A stretch of 64,000 bases of DNA. Source: a virus. The DNA lies in the IMG/VR virus record IMGVR_UViG_3300030430_005376, positions 64,001 to 128,000 of that record; one strand, given 5' to 3'. The notes below the pieces were generated by a model, which ran no database searches, had not been told where the DNA came from, and was given only the letters and a program-made list of their open reading frames with translations. The translations under genes were made by a program, and so were the position numbers. This document shows, in pieces, positions 35,781 through 45,030 of the stretch (the stretch's first letter is position 1; the number at the start of each line of letters is the position of its first letter).

Positions 35781-37214
35781 TTATTTAAGACCTGCAAGTC
35801 TCTGCCAGCGGTCGAGCTCTGGAGCACCGTTTGCTCCTTTCTTCGGCGCTGAAGATGTTGTGGGTCTGGATGATGAACCGCGGGTTCTTGACTCAGCGAG
35901 AGTCTTTTTGTTACCGCGAGTAAATGTCTCTGTGAGCGACTTGTACAATGACTTAGCCTCTCTAAGACTGTTAGCTTCGTCAAGAGCCTTGATAACAGAT
36001 TTCTTTTCAGATTCGTTAAGGTTCTTATTTTGAAGAAGCTTATTGACGTAAAGCAACTTGGCATTAAAGAGATTGAGATCTTCCAACTGTTCACGAAGAG
36101 TATCAACAGCACTTCTGTATTTCTTCAGTTTCTCATCAAGCGCGCGATTCTTACGGCGCTCAGTGCGGAATGCCTCCGCAAGTTTGTTCATGTCGGGTGG
36201 GTTAGTAAAGGGATCTTGCCCTTCTGCACCACCACCGAAAGATTTGCTGGCGTCGCCCTTGCCGCCGCCTTTACCACCGAAAGCACCATCGACACCTTGG
36301 TGAGGACCTTTGCCTCCAAAGTGGTGATCCATCTTGCCTTCGCGGACCATTTTTCTAATACGAAGAATTTCTTCAGCGAGCATGGTTTCATCGATTTCTA
36401 CCATCTCTTCCATGCCTTCTTCTTGGTACATTTCACCGAGTGCTTGGAAGTCAACTTCTTCTTCTTCACCAGCTTCGCCTTCTGCTTCTTCACCAGCTTC
36501 TTCGGCGTCGTCAGCTTCTTCGTCTTCAAGCTCGACTTCTTCTTCGTCTTCATCATCGTCGTCAAGCATACCACGAAGCTCTTCAGGGATCTGGTCTTCT
36601 TCGATGTCATCTCCTAAGTCAAGAACTAATCTAAGCTCTTGAAGCATCTCTTCGATGCTAGGCTCCTGCTGCTCGTCGGCGCTTTCTCCATCTTGTTGTA
36701 AAGTTTCTGAAAGCTCGGCTTCAACAGCTTCTCTAAGAGCTTTGAGATCTACTTCGTAGTATTTGTCATCCATCACTGAATTCTCCTTTAAATTCGTATC
36801 TTTATTACTTATGTTATCAGCAGACAAAGTTCTTTTTCTGCTATTAATTTTGTTTGCTAAATTTTTTAATTCTGCTTTTTGATCTTCGTCAAGCTGCTGA
36901 AAAGCATCTCGAGTAGACTCAGATATTGCTACCTTAGAAACATCTGACACATCAGATGACACGTCAATACCTAACAGCGTAGATAATTTTCTAAGTGAGG
37001 TTTCATCTAACGTAATTTCTTCATCTTCAGAAGAAACGTCTTCGTTAATTTCTTCTTCAACTGAATCATCTTTGCTTTCAAGAAGCTCAGATTCAATAAA
37101 ATCTCTAATTTTTGGTGTAACTGCTTCGAGAATCGCTTTTTTTGCATTTTCTTCAGCAACTTCTCTCAGTTTTTTTGCATCGGCTATTGCTTCTTCAAAA
37201 ACTTTGTTTGACAT
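35781..37214 (-). CDS. Prohead core scaffolding protein (gp22-like)
   Basis: Acidic coiled-coil directly upstream of the capsid gene; LREQLEDLNLFNAKLLYVNKL; many LxE sites. Confidence 0.8.
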   Translation of the reverse strand: MSNKVFEEAIADAKKLREVAEENAKKAILEAVTPKIRDFIESELLESKDDSVEEEINEDVSSEDEEITLDETSLRKLSTLLGIDVSSDVSDVSKVAISESTRDAFQQLDEDQKAELKNLANKINSRKRTLSADNISNKDTNLKENSVMDDKYYEVDLKALREAVEAELSETLQQDGESADEQQEPSIEEMLQELRLVLDLGDDIEEDQIPEELRGMLDDDDEDEEEVELEDEEADDAEEAGEEAEGEAGEEEEVDFQALGEMYQEEGMEEMVEIDETMLAEEILRIRKMVREGKMDHHFGGKGPHQGVDGAFGGKGGGKGDASKSFGGGAEGQDPFTNPPDMNKLAEAFRTERRKNRALDEKLKKYRSAVDTLREQLEDLNLFNAKLLYVNKLLQNKNLNESEKKSVIKALDEANSLREAKSLYKSLTETFTRGNKKTLAESRTRGSSSRPTTSSAPKKGANGAPELDRWQRLAGLK

Positions 37215-37233
37215 TGATTACCTCTTAAACTTA

Positions 37234-37241
37234 ATAAATAT
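37234..37241 (-). promoter_or_regulatory. Putative late-promoter motif ATATTTAT upstream of scaffold/capsid genes
   Basis: Recurrent intergenic motif, about 20 nt before the ATG. Confidence 0.5.
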
Positions 37242-37270
37242 AGCTGTTTTTTGCTAATGTTCCTTTTTAA

Positions 37271-37918
37271 TTATTCTTTTTCAATTAAATTGACCATATT
37301 TTTAACGTTGTTGACTCTTTTTTGTTGATTTAAAAAAGCGCGCTCCATTGGATCCTTTAAATCCATGAGAGAAAATATGTTATCATCATACTCGTCGTGT
37401 CTAGGTAAGGGTGCACGAGATGATCCATACTCAGTTCCACCTTTTCTACCTGGAGCACTTCTAATGTATTTTGCATTCGACTGTGTTCCAAAAGCTGGGC
37501 CTTTTGTGTTACGTGGTACCGGGCCTGTTGTTCTTTTCTGTCGATAAGTTATTCTTGGCGATATTCCTTGAACGACAGGAGTCGTGTAATAAGAATCTTC
37601 AGATATACCGAGTCGTGTCGCGTTACGACCGGTCAACGAACCTCTGTCAGCCCTGCCTGATTTATTAGGATTCGTGTAAACAAGGGTGTCTGTGGCGGCG
37701 TGAATAGCTCTAACTAGAGGAACATCCATGTCGTCTAGAATATCAAAATCATCGCCGTCTTCGTCTTCAGGTTCACCAAGCTCAGAGTACTGATACATAG
37801 GACGAGACTCACCTTGAGTTGCTCCCTGCGTCGGGTGCCCTGTTGATATTCTCGCATAACCACGTCCAAGATTGCCATCATGGGCTTTAGCAATTCTTAT
37901 TGTGGTTTCATAACCCAT
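37271..37918 (-). CDS. Hypothetical head-module protein
   Basis: 215-aa Gly/Arg/Pro-rich, low-complexity ORF in the head operon. Confidence 0.7.
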   Translation of the reverse strand: MGYETTIRIAKAHDGNLGRGYARISTGHPTQGATQGESRPMYQYSELGEPEDEDGDDFDILDDMDVPLVRAIHAATDTLVYTNPNKSGRADRGSLTGRNATRLGISEDSYYTTPVVQGISPRITYRQKRTTGPVPRNTKGPAFGTQSNAKYIRSAPGRKGGTEYGSSRAPLPRHDEYDDNIFSLMDLKDPMERAFLNQQKRVNNVKNMVNLIEKE

Positions 37919-37930
37919 TATTACCTACTT

Positions 37931-38488
37931 TTATCCAGCTGAGCCTAAGTATGATCTTCCTGAAATTAGACCTGCTACTGTGTCCTGAGATGCTACCTCA
38001 GGTGAAGTTTCGTGTGGTGAAGCTTGTCCGCCCAAACCTGATCCGAATTCGCTCTGCTGGGCAGGGTCTGGTGTGACTCCTGTAAATGCAGGTTGGTCAT
38101 TAGCTGATACTGAGCCCGGACCAGGTGAAGTCAAAGGTGGAATGTAGGGAGTTGTTGGCGCCCCTTGACCTGCACCAAACTCTTTTTCATCTATTGTCTT
38201 GTCGTTGCTTCCAATATCAGGTGCGTCTACAAAATCGACATTAAAACCATCTAACATTCTATTGCCTGTACCGCTATCAACAGCGCCGCCGTATGCTTCA
38301 AATGCTGCAGTGACGTCGCCCGACTGCACATTTTGAGACCAGACTTCTCTAATAGCGTCATCTGTCATGTCGCCAGCGTGTATAGGAGAAGCTGCATATG
38401 CTGATCTTAAATTCTCATTGAATCTTTTGCCAGGGCCTCCCTCGGTCACGACGTCTGGTGTAACTAAAATATCTCCTTTTCCTGACAT
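37931..38488 (-). CDS. Hypothetical Gly/Pro/Ser-rich virion protein
   Basis: 185-aa ORF in the head operon (PTTPYIPPLTSPGPG). Confidence 0.7.
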   Translation of the reverse strand: MSGKGDILVTPDVVTEGGPGKRFNENLRSAYAASPIHAGDMTDDAIREVWSQNVQSGDVTAAFEAYGGAVDSGTGNRMLDGFNVDFVDAPDIGSNDKTIDEKEFGAGQGAPTTPYIPPLTSPGPGSVSANDQPAFTGVTPDPAQQSEFGSGLGGQASPHETSPEVASQDTVAGLISGRSYLGSAG

Positions 38489-38718
38489 TATTGCTCCTCA
38501 TTCTTTTTTTGGATTAATTTAATTCTTTCAAAAAGAAATTTTTGTTGTTTCTTTAACTGGAGAAGTGCCTTTAGTTCTTTTCTAACTTCGTAAAACCGCC
38601 TAATGTCTTTAGAGTTTTTAGCTTTTTGGACCCTATCTTTTTGGTCAGCTATTTTTTGACGTTCTTCTTCTATTATTTTTTTTAACAAATCCTTTGTAAG
38701 TTTAGTAGGTCTAGACAT
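38488..38718 (-). CDS. Small basic coiled-coil protein
   Basis: TKLTKDLLKKIIEEE leader-like motif; GGAG SD. Confidence 0.7.
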   Translation of the reverse strand: MSRPTKLTKDLLKKIIEEERQKIADQKDRVQKAKNSKDIRRFYEVRKELKALLQLKKQQKFLFERIKLIQKKNEEQ

Positions 38719-38768
38719 GACAGCTCCAGAAAAAATGTTTGCAATTTAAATATCTTGCAATTATTTTT

Positions 38769-39308
38769 TTATCTATTTATTTTTGGAGCGAATGCCATAT
38801 CTGCCCAGTTTCTTGCTGAGTCTCCAAATAGTTCCATAGGGTCTGACGCTTCTACAATTCTAGCAGCTTCATCTGCAGGTGTCGAAGGCACAGCAGTGCC
38901 TCTTCTACCTTCAGCTCCTGCTTGAGCTTTTAAAGTTGAAGCAGCTGTGTCTGCAAAAATCTCACTCATAATCGGATCTTTAGTTACACTCGATATTAAT
39001 TGATTTGCTCTGTTGTCTTGCTGAGGCTGTGTTCTATACACGTCTTCGTTGCTATTTTGACCATAGCTTACTTGATCTAAGTAACTTCCTCGATTTTGTC
39101 GAGCAGCAGGTGGACTTTCGTTTGTTTTGCCCATTCTTGGGTCAAGTCTTTGTCTGCCTATAACTCTACCTCGGCTTTCAACTGCTTCTTTTAGACTTCT
39201 CTTTTTTTCAATCGAGCTGCCCGGGCTCTGTATTAAACCTTCTGCCAAAATTTCAACTAAACATTCCTTAACAATTGATTTAAGTACTTTTTTATTTACT
39301 TTGCTCAT
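38769..39308 (-). CDS. Hypothetical head-module protein
   Basis: Likely start ATG 39308 (MSKVNKKVLKSIVKECLVEILAEG), overlapping the protease 3' end; track start 39347 lies further inside the protease gene. Confidence 0.7.
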   Translation of the reverse strand: MSKVNKKVLKSIVKECLVEILAEGLIQSPGSSIEKKRSLKEAVESRGRVIGRQRLDPRMGKTNESPPAARQNRGSYLDQVSYGQNSNEDVYRTQPQQDNRANQLISSVTKDPIMSEIFADTAASTLKAQAGAEGRRGTAVPSTPADEAARIVEASDPMELFGDSARNWADMAFAPKINR

Positions 39309-39915
39309 CTTTATCCCATGTAAGAATCTCATTAAAGATTCTATCAATCCTGTCGGTCCTGTTAAAAAAATTATTTAACTCTCTCGGTCTTATAGTTTTG
39401 CCCTCTTGAAGTCCCATAAAAGCACCAGGAGTTGATGGTTCGCTAACCATGTCAAAACAAATTAATTGAAAATCATCTTGAACAACTTGTGTGTTACCTT
39501 GAGACGAAGTTGAACCAACACCCCTAGAGCTAATTCCTAAAGTTACACCGCTCTCGATGAGTGATTGAATAATCTTACCGCTAGGTGTATCTAAAACTTC
39601 AATTGTCCCATAAACATCGTCACCTTGCATGTAAGCTTCTCTAACAATGTGAGATGCATTCTTTAGTTCAATTACAGAAGAATCTGGGTGATCACACTCT
39701 CCTAGCGCTCTGTTTTCTCTTATCAATTTTTGATAGTTTTCAACTTCTCTTTGAAGAATTGATCTCGGGTAAACTCTTCCATTTTGATTTAGAGTGTTAG
39801 CTCTTTGAATTATGCCTTTAAGCATAATTTTTCCGTATTTTTCTCTATTTTCTTTGATTATTTCTTTATCACAGGTGATGGGCAACCACTCTCTAAGAAC
39901 TTTAAGCTCAGACAT
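39292..39915 (-). CDS. Prohead core protease (T4 gp21-like)
   Basis: GIIQRANTLNQNGRVYP, ALGECDHP (His), LGISSRGVGS (Ser), FDMVSEPS; start ATG 39915 with GGAG SD. Confidence 0.95.
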   Translation of the reverse strand: MSELKVLREWLPITCDKEIIKENREKYGKIMLKGIIQRANTLNQNGRVYPRSILQREVENYQKLIRENRALGECDHPDSSVIELKNASHIVREAYMQGDDVYGTIEVLDTPSGKIIQSLIESGVTLGISSRGVGSTSSQGNTQVVQDDFQLICFDMVSEPSTPGAFMGLQEGKTIRPRELNNFFNRTDRIDRIFNEILTWDKDEQSK

Positions 39916-40771
39916 TTTCTTTCTCCGCACTCTTAAGCTCATTAATAAGCTTAGTAATTGTTAAAAACTTAACTATTGACTCATCGTTTACATCTTGATT
40001 CTCTAATTTTTGTATCGAATTTCTAACTCTATCAACTTTCTCTATGAGTATCTTATTGCTCTCATTTTCTTCAAAATTTTCCAACAAATCTAACGCAACT
40101 TGTCTTTTTTCTGCAAGGTAACTTGTCAGATATTCATCATTTTGAGATGAATAAAAAACATAATTGCTGATGATTTCTCTTTCTGAGTTTGATAAATTAG
40201 AATATTTGCTATTAATTTTCTCAGTCATAAGTTTTAAAATTAGCTTATCTGATTTTGAAGCATCGAGCTCGCGCTGCATGTCGTTCACGGTTTTTGTGGA
40301 TTTTTCAGTAAGTAAATTTTCTCCAACTTTCTTCTCAAATTCAATCAACCTACCAAGATCAGGTGATTCTTTGCGCCACTCGTTAATGACTATTTGAATT
40401 GATCCGAGTTGTCTGTAGTTTGGAATGTTTTGATAGAAAAAATCTTTTCTGTTAATTTTATAGTTTATATCTCTAATCAGTTTTGATTTTTCTATTGAAA
40501 GCTTTTTAGTATCAATTTTTCTAGCAGCTCTTTTAGCTTCAGTGAGCACTGACGCAACTATGTGTGTGTCGCTTACAGTTGCATTTGCGAGAGCGTTAAA
40601 AAGTCTAAACTCTTTGTGAAGTTCACTACCTTTAGCAAAGTGTTTTTCAATTAATTTAGTACCTACGCGGGCGTCGCTTTTTCTTCCTTCGACTATGCAA
40701 CTAGTAATGTGCTGTATTAATAGTTCGTACACTAAGCCTACGTTTCTTTTTTTATTGTGTTTGATGCTCAT
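39908..40771 (-). CDS. Hypothetical protein between portal and protease (putative prohead core component)
   Basis: 287-aa helical ORF (KHNKKRNVGLVYELL) occupying the position of T4 gp67/gp68. Confidence 0.7.
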   Translation of the reverse strand: MSIKHNKKRNVGLVYELLIQHITSCIVEGRKSDARVGTKLIEKHFAKGSELHKEFRLFNALANATVSDTHIVASVLTEAKRAARKIDTKKLSIEKSKLIRDINYKINRKDFFYQNIPNYRQLGSIQIVINEWRKESPDLGRLIEFEKKVGENLLTEKSTKTVNDMQRELDASKSDKLILKLMTEKINSKYSNLSNSEREIISNYVFYSSQNDEYLTSYLAEKRQVALDLLENFEENESNKILIEKVDRVRNSIQKLENQDVNDESIVKFLTITKLINELKSAEKENV

Positions 40772-42738
40772 TTTTCCTCCTCTGATGAATTAATCTCAGA
40801 GATAACTCCTGTATAACTTTTAGGTTTTCCATAGACATTATCAAGCCTAGAGAGTGTTGATTTAATACTGTTAGTCATCTTAGTATTTTGAATAATTTTG
40901 TTATCCAAATACTCATCTATATTTATATCTTCAAACTTAAGGTTTCCTGCAGATTTTAAATTATCCATCTCTCGAGGAATACCTGTTACGTCATTTTGTC
41001 TTCGAGAGCCTGCGTCTCTTCTCAGAGAAGTAAAATCTTCAGCAAAATTAGCGTCTGATTTTCTCTGACGCTTTCTCCTTTTTTCTTCATACTCGTGTCT
41101 AAGCTCTTCTCTCTTTTCGTCGTCTGTTAGTTCATCTTTCTCGTCATCTTCAGAGAGGATAGAAGTTATGCTATCAATTTTGTTTTTGACCCGAATCGGA
41201 ACATTTACATCTTCAACTGAGTCAGATTCCGAGAGACCTGCGTCTCCTTCCGGAGGTGTTATACCTAAGTCTATAGACTGTTCAATCTCTGCGCCTCCGC
41301 CACCCGGGAGGGGATCAGAAGGTCCTTCAGCTTGCGTAATCTGAGTTGACTCAATTTCAAGTTCAGAAATTTTGTCAAGTTTCTGTCCTTTCTTAATTAA
41401 TCTAATCGCATCATCTGTGAGCCTGAGAATGTTTTTCTGAACCCAACTTTTATCAACAAGCCCTGGTGTTTGCAGTGCAGCCCCAGCTGTTTCAAATTTT
41501 GATCTAAAAAGCTCTAATTTTTGTTGTTGAGCAATTGTTGAAGGGTTAGACAAAGACAATGTGAAATCAAGCAAATCAGTGTCAGTAAATCCGTGACAGT
41601 ATAAGTGAATAATTGCTATTTTGTTCATCTCTGCGATAACAGTTCTCTGAATTCTTGAAATAGTTCTTGAGAATCTTATATCTTCCATAGAGAGAGTTGC
41701 CTTAGCACCAAGACCTTCATCATAACCTAAGTACGCTTTTGGTATTTTGAGGGCTGCAAAAAGTTTTTTCTGTATGTATTCAACATCGTTAGTTTCGCCT
41801 GCAACTGTGCCACCCGCAAGTGTAACAATATCTGTGCCTGACTCAGAACCTCTAACTGGAATAAAATAATCTTCATCGACAGACAGCGGATTGTATCTTA
41901 AATCTACCTTACCTGTGTTTTGGTCCGTAATTGATGCCCTCTTCAATGAAGACTGTGCACGCTCCATGTATGCAGGAATTTCTTCAGGTGGCACATTACC
42001 TACATCGATCTTGAAAACTCTTCTTTCTGGCGCTCTAACAATTCTGTAAACAAGCATCGCGTCTTCTAATAAGATTAACTGGCGCCAAATTCTTCTTGCA
42101 GGTTCTAAAACAGAAGACCCATATGGGATAAAGGCATCGTTACCTAAAAGACGCATGTGTGAAATCTGCCAATTTTCTAAAACTTGATTACCTTGTGTCA
42201 CCCATCTGAAGCGTACTGCCATCGGGTCCTTTGGATCAAAACCTTCTTCTCTTTCAACTTCAGAAATAGGAAGAGGATAGGCGTTTATGACACCAAGTTC
42301 TGGACTTACATCGTTAAACAGAAAGTGATCTCCATACTTGCACAAATTTCTGACCCAACTAGTCATGTTAAATTCTACATTTAGTGTGTCATAAAATAAG
42401 TCATCTAGTAATTTTTTAATCTTCACATTATCTGAGTGAATATGAAGAACTCTCCCATTCTCATCTGCAGAAGCAGTTTCTTCGGCGTATATATCGAGAG
42501 CACTACCAACCTCAGGAGTGTACTCCATTTCTGAGAAATCCGAATATCTCGCCATTCTATCATAAGTTCCATAAGCCGACATAGCGTTGCTGTAGACTTT
42601 GCTCTGATTCTTTCTAAACATTTCAAATGCTGATGAAGTATACTTGTCATCTGGATTTATAATGTTTCTTTTGACAACAGGCCCAGAACGAAAAAGCCTA
42701 GTAAGCCGCTGAAATATGTTTGATCTACTCTCTGCCAT
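40768..42738 (-). CDS. Portal protein (T4 gp20-like)
   Basis: EVGSALDIYAEE, LLEDAMLVYRIVRAPERRVFKIDVGN, EDYFIPVRG, DVEYIQKKLFAALKIPK. Confidence 0.97.
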   Translation of the reverse strand: MAESRSNIFQRLTRLFRSGPVVKRNIINPDDKYTSSAFEMFRKNQSKVYSNAMSAYGTYDRMARYSDFSEMEYTPEVGSALDIYAEETASADENGRVLHIHSDNVKIKKLLDDLFYDTLNVEFNMTSWVRNLCKYGDHFLFNDVSPELGVINAYPLPISEVEREEGFDPKDPMAVRFRWVTQGNQVLENWQISHMRLLGNDAFIPYGSSVLEPARRIWRQLILLEDAMLVYRIVRAPERRVFKIDVGNVPPEEIPAYMERAQSSLKRASITDQNTGKVDLRYNPLSVDEDYFIPVRGSESGTDIVTLAGGTVAGETNDVEYIQKKLFAALKIPKAYLGYDEGLGAKATLSMEDIRFSRTISRIQRTVIAEMNKIAIIHLYCHGFTDTDLLDFTLSLSNPSTIAQQQKLELFRSKFETAGAALQTPGLVDKSWVQKNILRLTDDAIRLIKKGQKLDKISELEIESTQITQAEGPSDPLPGGGGAEIEQSIDLGITPPEGDAGLSESDSVEDVNVPIRVKNKIDSITSILSEDDEKDELTDDEKREELRHEYEEKRRKRQRKSDANFAEDFTSLRRDAGSRRQNDVTGIPREMDNLKSAGNLKFEDINIDEYLDNKIIQNTKMTNSIKSTLSRLDNVYGKPKSYTGVISEINSSEEEK

Positions 42739-42747
42739 TAAAATTTC

Positions 42748-44373
42748 CTACTTTATTACCCACATGTAATCTTGAGGTATTATACTTCGATTTTTTGTTT
42801 TATTTAGGTCTTGCTTCACGTTACTGCCTACACTAGAGTTCTTCCCGCTATAAACTCCTGTAGGAGAAAAAACCTGATCAGGTGTATCGTTGTAATTTCT
42901 TTGATTTTTTGATATTGCGTTTAGCATTGCTTCATTTAGTCCAGAATTTGATTTTGCGTACTCTGAAGCGCCGTCGTACAACCACGACCCTATTGCTAAA
43001 CTCATAACTAGGTCGTCATTGAAACCTGATCTTGCTTGCGCTCGACCTGTATTCCAAGTAAAGACTTTTAATTCTTCATAGAATCTTGAAGAATAAGACA
43101 TAAGTGTTCTGTTTCTCAGAACTTCTTCCAGTTTAGCAAGAATTGTAGCACGAGACTTACCAGAAGTTGTAAACCCGCCGACGTCGGCAGAGGCTGGTGG
43201 GACGTAATCACCTAAATACGCTTGTTTCTTTCTTCTATAGTATATTTTTGGATACTGTAGTTCTTGCAACTTTAGTATAGTTGCGTAACCATAGCTGTTG
43301 TTCTCTGGACAAACAAGTGCTTTGTTGTATTTCAATCCAAATTCATTTATAAGCTCAGCAAAAGTATCGGGTCTAATCTTACCTTTGTATTCAGCTACAA
43401 TTTCACTTTTTGTCGTATCTATGATATGGAAAGTTGAGTAATCCTTTGAGTCACCTCTCGATACATCTGCAGATAAGATATACTCGTGTGAACTCATTGG
43501 GTATTTCCATATCCAGACATTTCTATCAAGCCCAGCTCTTTCTACAGGTTTTTCAACGCAACTTCGAAGCCATTCTAGTGTGTTATTATCAAGAAAAGTT
43601 TCGCCGCTCGTAGCGAAATCGCACAAGTATTCTTGAGCAATCTGTCGCTTGTTCATATTTCGAGTTGTCTTCTCAAACCAGTCGTCGTCTCTCTCCGGAT
43701 GAACATTCCAGGGTAGGTTTATTGCGTTAAATTCATTCAATCCTGCTTCTGCGTCGACATACAATTTATGATACTGGCCTCCGACACCGTTGGGGGTTGA
43801 CAAAATTATAACTCTACCGCCAGTAGAAATAGTCGGATATATACCAGTCCATATGGTGTCAAAGTTTCTAACAAAAGCAGCCTCATCAACAATTAGCAGA
43901 GAAAGTGCTTCAGATCTACCTGCGTCTTCTGATGTTGGTACGGCTTTTATTTCTGATCCGTGGCTAAATCTAATTTTTTGCTTATTGTTTTCAACTATCT
44001 CTGGTAACAACAGCCACTTTGGAAGTGCTCTTATCATAGTCTTTACTTTTGTGATAAAGTTTTGTGCAACTGTCAGTTTAGTTGCAATGATAAGAATGTT
44101 CTTCTCTTTTTGAAAGATAGCCATCCAAACAGCGTATGCAGCTACCAAAGTTGATAAGCCTAACTGTCTAGACTTTAATATAATATTAAATCTGTGTTCT
44201 AGAAATTCTTCGACACAATCATCCTGAAAAGGATAAGTGTCAAAAGAAATAAGCCCTCTTACAGGATGTTGTATTTTCAAGTAATTCTTAAAGAAATAGT
44301 TAGGATCTTTGCCGCATTTGATTATTTCTTTTACTTGGAGCTGTTTGTTGTATTTCGCCATAGCAAAATACAT
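42748..44373 (-). CDS. Terminase large subunit (gp17-like)
   Basis: ILKSRQLGLST, LLIVDEAAFV, LSTPNG, nuclease ILSADVSRG and FNDDLVMS; start may be ATG 44361. Confidence 0.97.
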   Translation of the reverse strand: MYFAMAKYNKQLQVKEIIKCGKDPNYFFKNYLKIQHPVRGLISFDTYPFQDDCVEEFLEHRFNIILKSRQLGLSTLVAAYAVWMAIFQKEKNILIIATKLTVAQNFITKVKTMIRALPKWLLLPEIVENNKQKIRFSHGSEIKAVPTSEDAGRSEALSLLIVDEAAFVRNFDTIWTGIYPTISTGGRVIILSTPNGVGGQYHKLYVDAEAGLNEFNAINLPWNVHPERDDDWFEKTTRNMNKRQIAQEYLCDFATSGETFLDNNTLEWLRSCVEKPVERAGLDRNVWIWKYPMSSHEYILSADVSRGDSKDYSTFHIIDTTKSEIVAEYKGKIRPDTFAELINEFGLKYNKALVCPENNSYGYATILKLQELQYPKIYYRRKKQAYLGDYVPPASADVGGFTTSGKSRATILAKLEEVLRNRTLMSYSSRFYEELKVFTWNTGRAQARSGFNDDLVMSLAIGSWLYDGASEYAKSNSGLNEAMLNAISKNQRNYNDTPDQVFSPTGVYSGKNSSVGSNVKQDLNKTKNRSIIPQDYMWVIK

Positions 44374-44383
44374 AGGTCTTAAG

Positions 44384-44764
44384 TCAGCTTATTTCAAATA
44401 TATGGACCTGTCTTACAAGAGCTGTACCCTTGTCAGAGTAAATGTTCATGTTAATTAGCTCAACAGACGTATCGCTTGACACTTTTTTAGTCTTCAGAGC
44501 TCTGCCAGCCATTGCCTTGAAATCTTTTTTAATTCTCTTCAAGCATTCATTTGTAAGCTTTTGAAGCTCGGACTCAGATTCTTTGGCAGCAACTTGCATG
44601 TTAGAACGTGTCAGTAGGTTTACGACTGACATTGAAGTCATCTGCATTCTATCTTCACCTACTATCTGAACTGAGCATTTCATAAAACCAGGCTGTGCTT
44701 CATAAGTCTGACCAAATGTGTCATTAATAACAGTGCTTAATGTATTGTAGTCTTGAAAGTTCAT
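44384..44764 (-). CDS. Hypothetical protein
   Basis: 126-aa ORF coupled by a 4-bp overlap to its upstream neighbour. Confidence 0.7.
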   Translation of the reverse strand: MNFQDYNTLSTVINDTFGQTYEAQPGFMKCSVQIVGEDRMQMTSMSVVNLLTRSNMQVAAKESESELQKLTNECLKRIKKDFKAMAGRALKTKKVSSDTSVELINMNIYSDKGTALVRQVHIFEIS

Positions 44765-45030
44765 TTAACTCTCCCTTTAGTAGTAATTAGACGTTTCCTT
44801 CTATTTATGTACTTATTGACATCAACTTTTTTTGGACGCCAACCTTTTTTCCATTTTTCTTTTCTAGATTCTGCAAATTCTAAATAACACTCGTGGCAGC
44901 AAAAGTACTCAGAATTAAGCAGAAAGTCTTCTTGGCTTTTTAACATAAAACCACATAAGTCACAAAAGAACTTATCACCTGCAGCCTTCTGGGTATCTCT
45001 GTTTGTCTTTATGCTATACGTTTTTAACAT
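44761..45030 (-). CDS. Small Cys-rich (putative zinc-binding) protein
   Basis: CDLC...CCHEC motifs, then WKKGWRP. Confidence 0.65.
   Translation of the reverse strand: MLKTYSIKTNRDTQKAAGDKFFCDLCGFMLKSQEDFLLNSEYFCCHECYLEFAESRKEKWKKGWRPKKVDVNKYINRRKRLITTKGRVK

Noticed and set aside
36030-36642. Plus-strand Phe-rich and Ser-rich ORFs over the scaffold gene
   Set aside because: Reverse complement of GAA/GAC-rich acidic coding sequence.
44362-44373. MYFA N-terminal extension of terminase
   Set aside because: The upstream ATG lies within the CCTATGTA promoter-like motif; ATG 44361 is the more plausible start, though unproven.
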